Part shown: in pieces, positions 1 through 9,115 of the stretch
Numbering within the stretch: position 1 is the first letter of the stretch
Layout of the letters: every line of letters starts with the position of its first letter
IMG/VR virus record: IMGVR_UViG_3300035670_000223
Location: 1 to 60,740 of that record
Length of the DNA stretch: 60,740 nt
Reading direction: 5' to 3' (one strand)
From: a virus
Taxonomy: Duplodnaviria; Caudoviricetes
Made by a program: the position numbers and the translations under genes
The notes under the pieces: generated by a model
The model's input: the letters and a program-made list of their open reading frames with translations, nothing else
Database searches by the model: none
What the model was told of the DNA's origin: nothing

Positions 1-1
1 C

Positions 2-253
2 ACATCAGGTACATCTGGTACTTCTGGTTCTTCTGGTACATCAGGATCTTCTGGTCAATCAGGAACATCAGGAACATCGGGTGCCGCAGGCACATCAGGT
101 ACAGCTGGAACATCTGGTTCTACTGGTACATCAGGCACAACAGGGACATCAGGAACATCGGGTGCGAGAGGAACATCAGGAACATCAGGAACGTCTGGCT
201 CTACTGGTACATCGGGTGTTTCAGGAACAGCCGGAACAGCTGGAACATCTGGA
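2..253 (+). repeat. 9-bp period coding repeat for Gly-X-Y triplets (mostly G-T-S)
   Basis: Units of the form ggN-acN-tcN (ggtacatct, ggaacatca) put Gly at every third residue, with no Pro. Confidence 0.9.
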
Positions 254-1957
254 AATTCATTTACAATAGCTAATGCCGGCGATGATAGAGTTCTTACATC
301 AAACGGCACAACAAACGGAATTATAGCAGAGCCAAGATTCTTATTTACAACAGGTTCAGGAAGATCTAAAGTAACAATTGATTCCGGAACACTTGAATTG
401 TACGATAGAGACGGCTCTAGTATATCCATTGGTTATGGCGCATACCCAAATATGAATACAGCAATTGCAAATGCAACTGCAATTGGCTATCAAGCATTAA
501 ATACTTCACAGGCTGGAAAAGAAAATATTGCAATCGGATATAAAACATTATATAGTTTGACAAGTGCAGAAGATAATGTTGTAGTGGGAAATTATGCTGG
601 TTATTCTATTACAACTGGAGATAAAAATACTATAATTGGTTGGGGTGCACTAGCAACTTCATCTGCTCAATCCGAAAGCGTTAATATAGGATTCAGGGTT
701 GCTGGAAACGATACTGTAACTGGAAATGCAAACGTATTTATCGGGGCATATGCTGGCTACGATTCTACGGCAATATCTCAGAGTGTATTGATAGGATGGC
801 GAGCAGGTGAAAATATTACATCTGGGCCACAAAATACAATAGTAGGTTATGCAGCGGGCAGTCAAGCAACAAACAAGATCGGTTCAAAAAATATCTATTA
901 CGGCTGGTATGCAGGATACCCCGGTGCAACCATGGCAGGTGATGGTGGTGTGTCACCATCAAACGGAAGCACAAATAATATTATTATAGGAAATAATGTT
1001 GGTATTGTAGCCCGTGGATTAACCATAGCATTTAGAAGCAATCAAGTGGTTATTGGAAATAACGATAATGATTATTATTACCAATGGTTGGCGGGCTGGT
1101 ACGCACCATCAGATGCTAGGGATAAAATAGAAACTGGTTCGATAGGTCTTGGGCTTGATTTTATTAATCAGTTAGATATCAAAAAATTCAAATGGAACAA
1201 AAGAAGTAAATACCAAGACGAGGGGTCAAACGATGGGTCATTGGCAAGTTCTAAATATTCATGGGGTGTAATCGCTCAGAATTTAATTGCCTTAACGGGT
1301 AGCTATCCGGTATTATCGGATATAATTGACACCACAGAGGTATCTTATAAAGATGGCACTCCATATGAAATGTATGTATTTAATCATGATTTATTACTGT
1401 GGCCTGCTGTACAAGCGATTAAAGAAGTAGATTCAAAAATCAGTAACTTTAATTCAAATATATCCAGTTCACAGTATTTTTATGACCAGCGTGAGTATGA
1501 AGTTCAAGATTACAGACATCAGTTTTATTATTTTTCGGGAGAAGCATCATCTTCAAGTGCAAATTCATGGTCTGCTGCTACTTCAAATGACCAATCAACG
1601 GGTGCATTAAAAGTAACATTGCCTTTAAATTCAGCTCATCATATAAAAATAAAATGGATAGGTAGATCGGATGAGACAGGAAATATTGTATCAACATTAC
1701 GTGAAGATACTATACTTGTTCAAAAAGACGGTGGAGTACTTACATATATTAATAAAGTTAACACTGTTAGAACAAACGAAGGAATTGGATTTGATACTAA
1801 TTATATTGGACTGGATACAGGAGACGGCTCTGGTGATGGTCTTGCACTTCAATTTAGAATAGGAAACTATGAAGAAAATATAGTGGATCTATCAGCAAGA
1901 AGTTTTAATTTTAGAGTTAAAGCAGTAGTTGAAATATTATCAGTTGATCATTTGTAA
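2..1957 (+). CDS. Tail fibre / adhesin-like protein, 5'-truncated: collagen-like (G-T/S-S)n stalk, YadA-like repeats, Peptidase_S74-type chaperone, extra C-terminal domain
   Basis: The frame of ORF 398..1957 is open back to base 2 (TSGTSGTSGSSG...), so the TTG at 398 is internal. It has NxAIGxxAL-type repeats (ATAIGYQAL, ENIAIGYKTL, NVVVGNYAG) and the S74 motif SDARDK...LGLDFINQL..KKFKW...WGVIAQ starting at 1109. Confidence 0.85.
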   Translation, partial: TSGTSGTSGSSGTSGSSGQSGTSGTSGAAGTSGTAGTSGSTGTSGTTGTSGTSGARGTSGTSGTSGSTGTSGVSGTAGTAGTSGNSFTIANAGDDRVLTSNGTTNGIIAEPRFLFTTGSGRSKVTIDSGTLELYDRDGSSISIGYGAYPNMNTAIANATAIGYQALNTSQAGKENIAIGYKTLYSLTSAEDNVVVGNYAGYSITTGDKNTIIGWGALATSSAQSESVNIGFRVAGNDTVTGNANVFIGAYAGYDSTAISQSVLIGWRAGENITSGPQNTIVGYAAGSQATNKIGSKNIYYGWYAGYPGATMAGDGGVSPSNGSTNNIIIGNNVGIVARGLTIAFRSNQVVIGNNDNDYYYQWLAGWYAPSDARDKIETGSIGLGLDFINQLDIKKFKWNKRSKYQDEGSNDGSLASSKYSWGVIAQNLIALTGSYPVLSDIIDTTEVSYKDGTPYEMYVFNHDLLLWPAVQAIKEVDSKISNFNSNISSSQYFYDQREYEVQDYRHQFYYFSGEASSSSANSWSAATSNDQSTGALKVTLPLNSAHHIKIKWIGRSDETGNIVSTLREDTILVQKDGGVLTYINKVNTVRTNEGIGFDTNYIGLDTGDGSGDGLALQFRIGNYEENIVDLSARSFNFRVKAVVEILSVDHL

Positions 1958-1975
1958 TTATAAAGGGTTTTTAAT

Positions 1976-2587
1976 ATGGATTTAAATGAAAAAAATATAA
2001 CTCCGGAATCATTAAAAAAAATGTTGACAGGAACACATGAAACACAAAATAAAATTCAAATAGGATATACAGGAGAGGCAACACCAACAGAAATTCGAAA
2101 CATTGGAGATAAATGGACAGATTCGGATGGAAACGAATGGGAACAACGAAACGGATATGCGATAAAATTAGGAAAGGAATGGCAACAAGAATTACGTGAA
2201 TATCTAAATGAATTTAAAAATTGCCCAAAGGAAACATGTACATGTACTATGCCTAAGCGATTAGATGAAAAAATGAAAGTAATACATGGTATGTGTTTTG
2301 ATTGTGTATTATCAATGGAACATAAATTAAGAATTGAAGGAAAATTTGAAGAATATGAAAAACAAAAAGTAAAAAATAATGTAATGGCATGGATAAAAGA
2401 AGCAGAAAAGGATAAAGATTTAATAATAGAAGAGTTAACTCGCTCATTGGAGTTTGTAAACTCAAATGGTCTTGTGGAAAAATGGGGAAATAACGTTGAT
2501 CCCATACAGATGAAAAATAAAATAGAAGCCGATTTTGAGAATTTAAAACAAGATCTATTAAAAAAATTGGAGACTACCGATGGCTAA
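1976..2587 (+). CDS. Hypothetical protein with putative Zn-binding Cys cluster
   Basis: 203-aa ORF with CPKETCTC...HGMCFDC and a GDKWTDSDGNEWEQ motif; SD-like aaggg upstream. Confidence 0.75.
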   Translation: MDLNEKNITPESLKKMLTGTHETQNKIQIGYTGEATPTEIRNIGDKWTDSDGNEWEQRNGYAIKLGKEWQQELREYLNEFKNCPKETCTCTMPKRLDEKMKVIHGMCFDCVLSMEHKLRIEGKFEEYEKQKVKNNVMAWIKEAEKDKDLIIEELTRSLEFVNSNGLVEKWGNNVDPIQMKNKIEADFENLKQDLLKKLETTDG

Positions 2588-2849
2588 CAAAACAAAAAAA
2601 TATCTTTTAGAAATGATTTCAGATGTTGACGGTGATGTCAGTTCTAAACGAATTATAGGATTCGTTTTTACTACTGCCGTTTTGATAACATGGTATTTAA
2701 ATTTAATTTATGCAAAGCCAATTGAACAGTTTATTTTTGATGGCTTGCTATATATAATAGGAATAGCTCTTGCAACAACCGCAGCTGAAAAATTTTCAAG
2801 AAAAAATAATACTGAACAAAGTAACGTTGAGGAAACAAATGCAGAATAA
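2580..2849 (+). CDS. Small two-TM membrane protein, holin-like
   Basis: 89 aa with two hydrophobic segments (IIGFVFTTAVLITWYL; FIFDGLLYIIGIALATTAA), an SSKR motif before TM1 and a charged C-tail. Confidence 0.55.
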   Translation: MANKTKKYLLEMISDVDGDVSSKRIIGFVFTTAVLITWYLNLIYAKPIEQFIFDGLLYIIGIALATTAAEKFSRKNNTEQSNVEETNAE

Positions 2850-3225
2850 TCAGGATATACAGGATTTAATACACGATATAAAAGAGCTAAAAAACTCAAT
2901 AGCTGGTTACGGTATATCGCATATAACAGATGCGATGGATGAGATAAAAGTGAAAATGTCTGATTTAAAAACAGATATAACCGATATCAAAAAAGAAATT
3001 TTAAATCCAGAAACTGGAATAATTGTTAGACTTAATAAACTACAAGATCGAATTCATTATATAGAAAAAGAAAAAATTGCAAAAATAGAAGAAGCATTAG
3101 AACAATTAGAAAATTTAGATATTAATTACAGACAAATATCTGGATTTAAAGAAAATACTGTTAAATTTTTATGGTTATTCCTCGGTGGAATTTTAACAAT
3201 GTTAATTCAATTATTTTCAAAGTAA
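2839..3225 (+). CDS. Coiled-coil protein with C-terminal TM helix (possible lysis accessory)
   Basis: ATG at 2839 overlaps the end of the previous gene and is in frame with ORF 2770..3225. Heptad-rich body; ends FLWLFLGGILTMLIQLF. Confidence 0.6.
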   Translation: MQNNQDIQDLIHDIKELKNSIAGYGISHITDAMDEIKVKMSDLKTDITDIKKEILNPETGIIVRLNKLQDRIHYIEKEKIAKIEEALEQLENLDINYRQISGFKENTVKFLWLFLGGILTMLIQLFSK

Positions 3226-3229
3226 AATT

Positions 3230-3790
3230 ATGAAAAATATAAATGAAAAAAATGTACCAGCCAATAAAAAACTCTATAATAGAATAAAAGCTAGAATTAA
3301 GAGTAAATTTAAAGTGTGGCCATCCGCATATGCATCGGCAGCGGTTGTAAAAGCATATAAAGCTGCGGGTGGGGGATATAGAAAAACAAATGAAGTTTTA
3401 GAAGTTTTGGGGTACACTACCGATCAATTTGATAATATTTTAGATGTATATTTTGGTGTCAAAAATTCCTTAACTGAATCTATAATCGAAGAGGCAGAAT
3501 ATAAAGGAAGAAAGGTTAAATTGGGGAAACCTTTTAGAACCCCAGGTGGACCAAAAAAGTTTTCAGTATATGTTAAAAACCCAAAGGGAAATGTTGTAAA
3601 AGTTAATTTTGGTCATAAGGGATCGGGTGGTAAAAAAACAATGAAAATTAAAAAAAGCAATCCTGAACGAAGGGCTGCATTTAGAGCTAGGCACAATTGC
3701 GATACCCCAGGACCAAGGACATCTGCAAGGTATTGGTCATGTAGATTTGGGTGGCCGAAAAGTGGAAAAGGAGCAGTAGATAAGACATAA
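3230..3790 (+). CDS. Basic two-module protein (DUF5872-like N-part plus DUF6321-like C-part); candidate head internal protein
   Basis: Module 1 is LYNRIKARIKSKFKVWPSAYASAAVVKAYKAAGGGY. Module 2 is KKFSVYVKNPKGNVVKVNFG...RRAAFRARHNC...ARYWSC. Family names are from recall. Confidence 0.65.
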   Translation: MKNINEKNVPANKKLYNRIKARIKSKFKVWPSAYASAAVVKAYKAAGGGYRKTNEVLEVLGYTTDQFDNILDVYFGVKNSLTESIIEEAEYKGRKVKLGKPFRTPGGPKKFSVYVKNPKGNVVKVNFGHKGSGGKKTMKIKKSNPERRAAFRARHNCDTPGPRTSARYWSCRFGWPKSGKGAVDKT

Positions 3791-4581
3791 TGGCAGCAAC
3801 ATGGGTTATATTACAAAAAGATTTAGAACTTATCTTTAGATTAAAACAATCACAGGATTTTTCAGATTTTTCTGAGAAATTTACAGATGCATTTTCGAGA
3901 TCTACGTTAAACTTGGCTACAACTACATTCGGACAATTATTAACATATGGAAATTATAATTTAATAAAATCTTCAATAAAATCATTTTTAGATTTTAATC
4001 GTAATCTTGAACCAAATATAGAAAGATTAAAAATATCTTTAGATAAATTACTTGTTATTATTAATGATATTAGTGAAAATGGTAACATACGTAGTTTAGA
4101 ACTACCGTCAGATATACACCCATTATTAAGAAAAATAATATCCCCCAATATTACAGATTTAAATAAAAAAATAAAAAATTTAAATGAAACTAATCAAAAT
4201 TCAGTTTTAGAATTAAATGAATCAATAGAAAAGTTTAAAAATGATGTAGAAAAATTAAATTTAGAATTAATACCCTACATATATTTGGAGAGTGCTTTTA
4301 TAACATTTTGGTCAACCGTTAAGTTTTCTCCATTACCACCAACACCACCTACAATATCACCCCTCTTTGGAACATCAGTTTTAACCCCCGGCGTCCCCGG
4401 TATATTATCTGTTGGATTTAAAAATGCATTTACGTCAAAAGATCCAACTATAGCATCAACAATAATTGCAAACTCATTAGAAATACACGCAAAAACTATT
4501 TCTGGAACATATTCTGGATTCATAGCAAGTCCTTCTGGTCCTATCCCATCCCCCCCTATTCCATGGGTAAGCGTTATTTGA
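3790..4581 (+). CDS. Hypothetical protein, probably virion-associated
   Basis: 263 aa, TAATG-coupled to the previous gene; Pro-rich C-terminus (PLPPTPP...ISGTYSG...PIPW). Confidence 0.7.
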   Translation: MAATWVILQKDLELIFRLKQSQDFSDFSEKFTDAFSRSTLNLATTTFGQLLTYGNYNLIKSSIKSFLDFNRNLEPNIERLKISLDKLLVIINDISENGNIRSLELPSDIHPLLRKIISPNITDLNKKIKNLNETNQNSVLELNESIEKFKNDVEKLNLELIPYIYLESAFITFWSTVKFSPLPPTPPTISPLFGTSVLTPGVPGILSVGFKNAFTSKDPTIASTIIANSLEIHAKTISGTYSGFIASPSGPIPSPPIPWVSVI

Positions 4582-4589
4582 ATATTCGT

Positions 4590-4598
4590 ATATTTATT
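4590..4598 (+). promoter_or_regulatory. Putative late promoter motif ATATTTATT
   Basis: Intergenic copy of the recurrent ATATTTAT(A/T) motif, upstream of 4614. Confidence 0.5.
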
Positions 4599-4613
4599 TA
4601 AAAAGGGAATATT

Positions 4614-4943
4614 ATGGATATTATAGATCAACTATTTATTGAAAATGAATTGCGAGAACTTTTTTTAAAAGAAGGCAAATCTGGTTTAAAAAAATGGTTT
4701 AAAGAAAAATGGGTAGATATATCAAGAAAAACTAAGTCTGGGTCCCATCCCCCATGCGGTGCATCTGCTGGTAAAAAAGAAAGGGGCTCGGGAAAGCGTA
4801 AGTATCCAAAATGTGTACCAGCGGCTAAAGCAGCAAGAATGTCAGCAAAACAAAAAAGAAGTGCCGTAGTGCGTAAACGCAAATATGGTTCAACGGCAAA
4901 AGGTAGTGCAAAGTTTGTTTCTACTTTTAAAAATAAAAAATGA
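4614..4943 (+). CDS. Basic protein, DUF5872-like C-terminal half
   Basis: GLKKWFKEKWVDI...PPCG...YPKCVP motif, preceded by an acidic leader ending FLKE. Confidence 0.65.
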   Translation: MDIIDQLFIENELRELFLKEGKSGLKKWFKEKWVDISRKTKSGSHPPCGASAGKKERGSGKRKYPKCVPAAKAARMSAKQKRSAVVRKRKYGSTAKGSAKFVSTFKNKK

Positions 4944-5260
4944 AAAAAAATAATATCATATCAATACTTGGCGTCATGTTCTTATGTTCTATCATGGGTG
5001 TATTTATTTTTTGCATAAACAAAAAAAATTATCAAATAGAAAAAAATAAAAAAATTATAGATAGTTTACAAAATTCATTGTTAGAATATAGAAAAATAAA
5101 CGATAGTCTTTATATAGTAGCTAATAAACTTGATAGCATAATCTTAAATCAAGAGGCTATTGTAATAAAAGTTAAAGAAAATTTTATTATTTACAAAACC
5201 CCTGAAATGAAAAACAGCTCTGACGCATATATTTATTTAAAAAAGTTTATAGTAGAATAA
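4940..5260 (+). CDS. N-terminally anchored coiled-coil membrane protein (i-spanin-like)
   Basis: N-terminal hydrophobic helix (IISILGVMFLCSIMGVFIFCI) followed by a coiled coil with repeated DSL/DSI. Confidence 0.5.
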   Translation: MKKNNIISILGVMFLCSIMGVFIFCINKKNYQIEKNKKIIDSLQNSLLEYRKINDSLYIVANKLDSIILNQEAIVIKVKENFIIYKTPEMKNSSDAYIYLKKFIVE

Positions 5261-5263
5261 AAT

Positions 5264-5641
5264 ATGAAAAAGTTTTTTTTAATATTATTTTTGATTAGTT
5301 CTGTTTCATTGAGAGCACAACAGCAGGATTCTTTGTTTTATTTTTCAAATAGCGAAGTATTAATATTAGCTAATAAAATTCAATTAATACGGGATTCTTT
5401 AAAATTTAAGACGGCTATAGTATATGAACAAGACTCACTGTTAACACTTCACCAGCAAAGAAGTTTAGTTTTTAAAGACCAATTGCAAAATAAAAATACA
5501 CAAATATTAATATTAGAGCAACAAAATCAAGTATTAAAAGAATCAGTAGAATTATTAACACCGACGTGGTATGACAATAAACTATTTTGGTTTGGAAACG
5601 GAGTTGCAGTCACATTAATAGCAGTTTTATTAATAAAATAA
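5264..5641 (+). CDS. Signal-peptide coiled-coil protein with C-terminal TM (spanin-like partner)
   Basis: Signal peptide MKKFFLILFLISSVSLRA/QQQ, coiled coil, then PTWY and TM FWFGNGVAVTLIAVLLI. Confidence 0.5.
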   Translation: MKKFFLILFLISSVSLRAQQQDSLFYFSNSEVLILANKIQLIRDSLKFKTAIVYEQDSLLTLHQQRSLVFKDQLQNKNTQILILEQQNQVLKESVELLTPTWYDNKLFWFGNGVAVTLIAVLLIK

Positions 5642-5648
5642 GAACCCA

Positions 5649-7229
5649 ATGTCATCGCAAAAAAACATAAAACAATTAATCATAGAAGAATATAAAAAAT
5701 GTGCACTGGATCCAGTGTACTTCATGAAAAAATACTGCCAGATACAACACCCCCAACGCGGAAAAATCTTATTCCATTTATATCCATTTCAAGAAAAAGC
5801 GTTAAAAGAAATATCTAATAACGATTATAATATAATTTTAAAATCTAGACAGCTTGGAATATCTACATTAACAGCTGGTTATGCATTGTGGATGATGATT
5901 TTTAATTCAGATAAAAATGTTCTCGTAATTGCTACTAAACAAGAAGTTGCAAAAAATTTAGTTTTAAAAGTGAGAACGATGCATGATTTATTGCCATCGT
6001 GGTTAAAAAATAAATGTATTGAAGATAATAAACTGTCACTGCGATTTGAAAATGGATCACAAATTAAAGCTGTTTCTGCTGCATCTGATGCTGGTAGATC
6101 TGAATCACTTTCGTTGCTTATAATAGATGAGGCGGCATTTATTGACTATATAGATGAAATATGGGCGTCTGCACAACAAACTCTTGCTAATGGTGGACGT
6201 GCTATAATTTTATCTACCCCAAACGGAACAGGTAATTTCTTCCATAAAACATGGGTAGGTGCAGAAACAGGAGAAAACGGATTTAACACAATATTACTAC
6301 CATGGACGGTACACCCAGAAAGAGATCAGTCATGGAGAGATAAACAGACTCAGCTTCTTGGTGAGAAAATGGCAGCACAGGAATGTGACTGTGACTTCAT
6401 ATCATCTGGTCATACTGTAATCGATGGTTCTATAATTCAATGGTACAACGAGACATATGTAAAAGACCCAATGGAACGCCAAGGAATAGATGGAAATCTC
6501 TGGATATGGGAATATCCAGATTTTACTAAATCATATATTGTTGTTGCAGACGTTGCAAGAGGAGACGGACAAGATTATTCAGCATGCCATGTACTTGACA
6601 TTGAAACATTGCAACAAGTTGCTGAATATAAAGGTAAAATTGACACGAAATCATATGGTAATTTTTTGGTTTCGGTTGCAACACAATACAATGATGCATT
6701 ATTGGTAATAGAAAACTCTAACATAGGATGGGCAGCAATTCAGCAAGCGATTGATCGGGGATATAGAAATCTATACTATTCATATAAAGAAGAAGGATAT
6801 GTAGACCCGGAAGTCCAATTAATAAAGGGATACGATCTAAAAGACAAAACTCAAATGGTAGCTGGCTTTACAATGAGCAGTAGAATACGACCACTTATAA
6901 TATCAAAATTTGAAACGTATTTTAGAGAAAGATTGCCTGTAATATATTCAAAACGATTAATCGAAGAAATGTTTGTATTTATATGGAACGGATCTCGTGC
7001 AGAAGCACTGCGTGGATATAATGATGACTTAGTAATGGCAATGGGCATCGCACTTTGGACTCGTGATTCTGCTATAAAATTAAAAAAAGATGGAATAGAA
7101 TTAACAAAAAATGCACTAAGCAATATTCAAAGACCGAAATTTGCATATAAGAATACTTCAGATGCTAATAATTATTGGAAGATGCAAACTCGTAACAATG
7201 AAAATGAAGATATATCATGGCTTTTATAA
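5649..7229 (+). CDS. terL: Terminase large subunit (T4 gp17-like)
   Basis: LYPFQ (Q motif), KSRQLGIST (Walker A variant), LIIDEAAF (Walker B), STPNG, and nuclease motifs ADVARGDGQDYS and DDLVMA. Confidence 0.96.
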   Translation: MSSQKNIKQLIIEEYKKCALDPVYFMKKYCQIQHPQRGKILFHLYPFQEKALKEISNNDYNIILKSRQLGISTLTAGYALWMMIFNSDKNVLVIATKQEVAKNLVLKVRTMHDLLPSWLKNKCIEDNKLSLRFENGSQIKAVSAASDAGRSESLSLLIIDEAAFIDYIDEIWASAQQTLANGGRAIILSTPNGTGNFFHKTWVGAETGENGFNTILLPWTVHPERDQSWRDKQTQLLGEKMAAQECDCDFISSGHTVIDGSIIQWYNETYVKDPMERQGIDGNLWIWEYPDFTKSYIVVADVARGDGQDYSACHVLDIETLQQVAEYKGKIDTKSYGNFLVSVATQYNDALLVIENSNIGWAAIQQAIDRGYRNLYYSYKEEGYVDPEVQLIKGYDLKDKTQMVAGFTMSSRIRPLIISKFETYFRERLPVIYSKRLIEEMFVFIWNGSRAEALRGYNDDLVMAMGIALWTRDSAIKLKKDGIELTKNALSNIQRPKFAYKNTSDANNYWKMQTRNNENEDISWLL

Positions 7230-7240
7230 AAAGGTGAAAA

Positions 7241-9064
7241 ATGTCAATTTTTGATAAATTAAAAAAATTATTTAGCTCTCCTGTTATTTTAAAAAATGTA
7301 AATGGCAGGCTAAAGGTAGCAGACACTTCGCATTATCAATCACAGGGAAACCCATATCAGACAAAAGTGATCGATAGATATGGAAGACTACATGGGACAA
7401 AAGGAGCGAATGTAAACCCATACCATCAATATAACGGATTTAGTGCAGCTAGACTAGATTTGTATACCGATTACGAAGCAATGGACGAGGATGCCATCAT
7501 CTCATCTGCACTTGATATATATGCAGACGAAACAACAACGAAAAATGAAGAAGGAAAGGTATTAGTTGTTAATACTGAGAATGATTTAATACGAAAAATA
7601 TTAGATAATCTTTTTTATGATATCTTAAATATTGAATACAATATATGGCCTTGGATAAGAAATCTGGTTAAGTATGGTGATTTTTATTTGTTTTTAGATA
7701 TACAAGAAGAACATGGCATTGTCAACGCATTTCCAATGTCAGCGTATGAAATGACCAGAGAGGATGGTGTAAACCCTGGAAATTTATTTGATACAAAGTT
7801 TATCTATGAAGGCCCACTTGGTAAAGGAAAATTTGAAAATTATGAAATTGCTCATTTTAGATTATTATCTGATACTAATTTTTTACCATACGGGAAGTCA
7901 ATTTTAGAAGGTGCTAGAAAATTATTTAAACAATTAATATTAATGGAAGATGCGATGATGATTCATCGTGTAATGCGAGCACCAGAAAAAAGAGTTTATA
8001 AAATTGATATTGGAAACATACCACCAAATGAGGTTGACCAATATATGAAATCGGTAATGAACGAAATGAAAAAAACACCATTTATCGATGAACGAACTGG
8101 GCAATATAATCTTAGATACAACATGCAAAATATTTTGGAAGATTTTTACTTGCCCGTTAGAGGACAAAATAATGGAACTGACATAACTACATTGAACGGT
8201 TTAAATTATCAAGCAATTGAAGATTTAGAATATCTCAGAAGTAAGTTATTTGCCGCATTAAAAATACCAAAGGCGTTTTTAGGCTATGATGAAACAGTAG
8301 AAGGAAAGGCAACGTTAGCAGCCGAAGATATACGATTTGCAAGAACCATAGAAAGAGTCCAGCGTATCGTTGAAAGTGAGCTAACAAAAATTGCAATTGT
8401 TCATTTATATGCACAGGGATTTACCGAAAATGATCTGATAGATTTTTCTTTAAATCTAACTTCACCATCAATTATATATGAGCAAGAAAAAATAAATTTA
8501 TTAAATCAAAAGTTACAAGCATTTTCATTAGCAACTGAGAACCATGCATTATCAAAATGGAACATCTATAAAAATATTTTTAATATGAGCGAAGATGAGG
8601 CCAATGAAGAAATAAATAATATCATTGAAGATGCTAAATTTAAATTTAGAGTGTCGCAAATAGAAACCGAAGGTAATGACCCAGTTGTAACAGCAGAATC
8701 ATTTGGAACTCCACATGATATAGCTACAATGGAAATACCCGGAAAAATGGGCCGACCAAAGGAATATAAATCAACATATGAAACAGATGATCATCCTATG
8801 GGAAGAGACCCACTGGGTAAAAAAGCAGCATCCGATATAAAAATGGATAAAAAAATAAATCATAATTATAGAGGATCCGCCCTTAGCAATGAAAATTCAA
8901 TAGCAGATAAGTATATACCATATCTTAATAATATAAAATTTAAAACAAATGATATTATCAAAAAGTCTATTATAAAGGAAAATGTAGATGTAGATGAAAA
9001 TAATTTCAATGATACAACAGAAAATACATTTCTGAATGAAAAAAATCTAATAAATACCAAATAA
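7241..9064 (+). CDS. Portal protein (T4 gp20-like)
   Basis: LMEDAMMIHRVMRAPEKRVYKIDIGNIP, EDFYLPVRG, ITTLNG and LFAALKIP match gp20-family motifs; follows the terminase. Confidence 0.95.
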   Translation: MSIFDKLKKLFSSPVILKNVNGRLKVADTSHYQSQGNPYQTKVIDRYGRLHGTKGANVNPYHQYNGFSAARLDLYTDYEAMDEDAIISSALDIYADETTTKNEEGKVLVVNTENDLIRKILDNLFYDILNIEYNIWPWIRNLVKYGDFYLFLDIQEEHGIVNAFPMSAYEMTREDGVNPGNLFDTKFIYEGPLGKGKFENYEIAHFRLLSDTNFLPYGKSILEGARKLFKQLILMEDAMMIHRVMRAPEKRVYKIDIGNIPPNEVDQYMKSVMNEMKKTPFIDERTGQYNLRYNMQNILEDFYLPVRGQNNGTDITTLNGLNYQAIEDLEYLRSKLFAALKIPKAFLGYDETVEGKATLAAEDIRFARTIERVQRIVESELTKIAIVHLYAQGFTENDLIDFSLNLTSPSIIYEQEKINLLNQKLQAFSLATENHALSKWNIYKNIFNMSEDEANEEINNIIEDAKFKFRVSQIETEGNDPVVTAESFGTPHDIATMEIPGKMGRPKEYKSTYETDDHPMGRDPLGKKAASDIKMDKKINHNYRGSALSNENSIADKYIPYLNNIKFKTNDIIKKSIIKENVDVDENNFNDTTENTFLNEKNLINTK

Positions 9065-9079
9065 TTAAAAAATATCTAC

Positions 9080-9088
9080 ATATTTATA
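9080..9088 (+). promoter_or_regulatory. Putative late promoter motif ATATTTATA
   Basis: Intergenic, 28 nt upstream of ATG 9116, preceded by an A-tract. Confidence 0.55.
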
Positions 9089-9115
9089 AGTAATATGAAC
9101 TAATAAAATCTAATT

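Noticed and set aside
55-429. Minus-strand 124-aa (PDV)n ORF and +81..269 ORF
   Set aside because: Shadow frames of the (GTS)n coding repeat; the real frame is the fibre ORF open from base 2.
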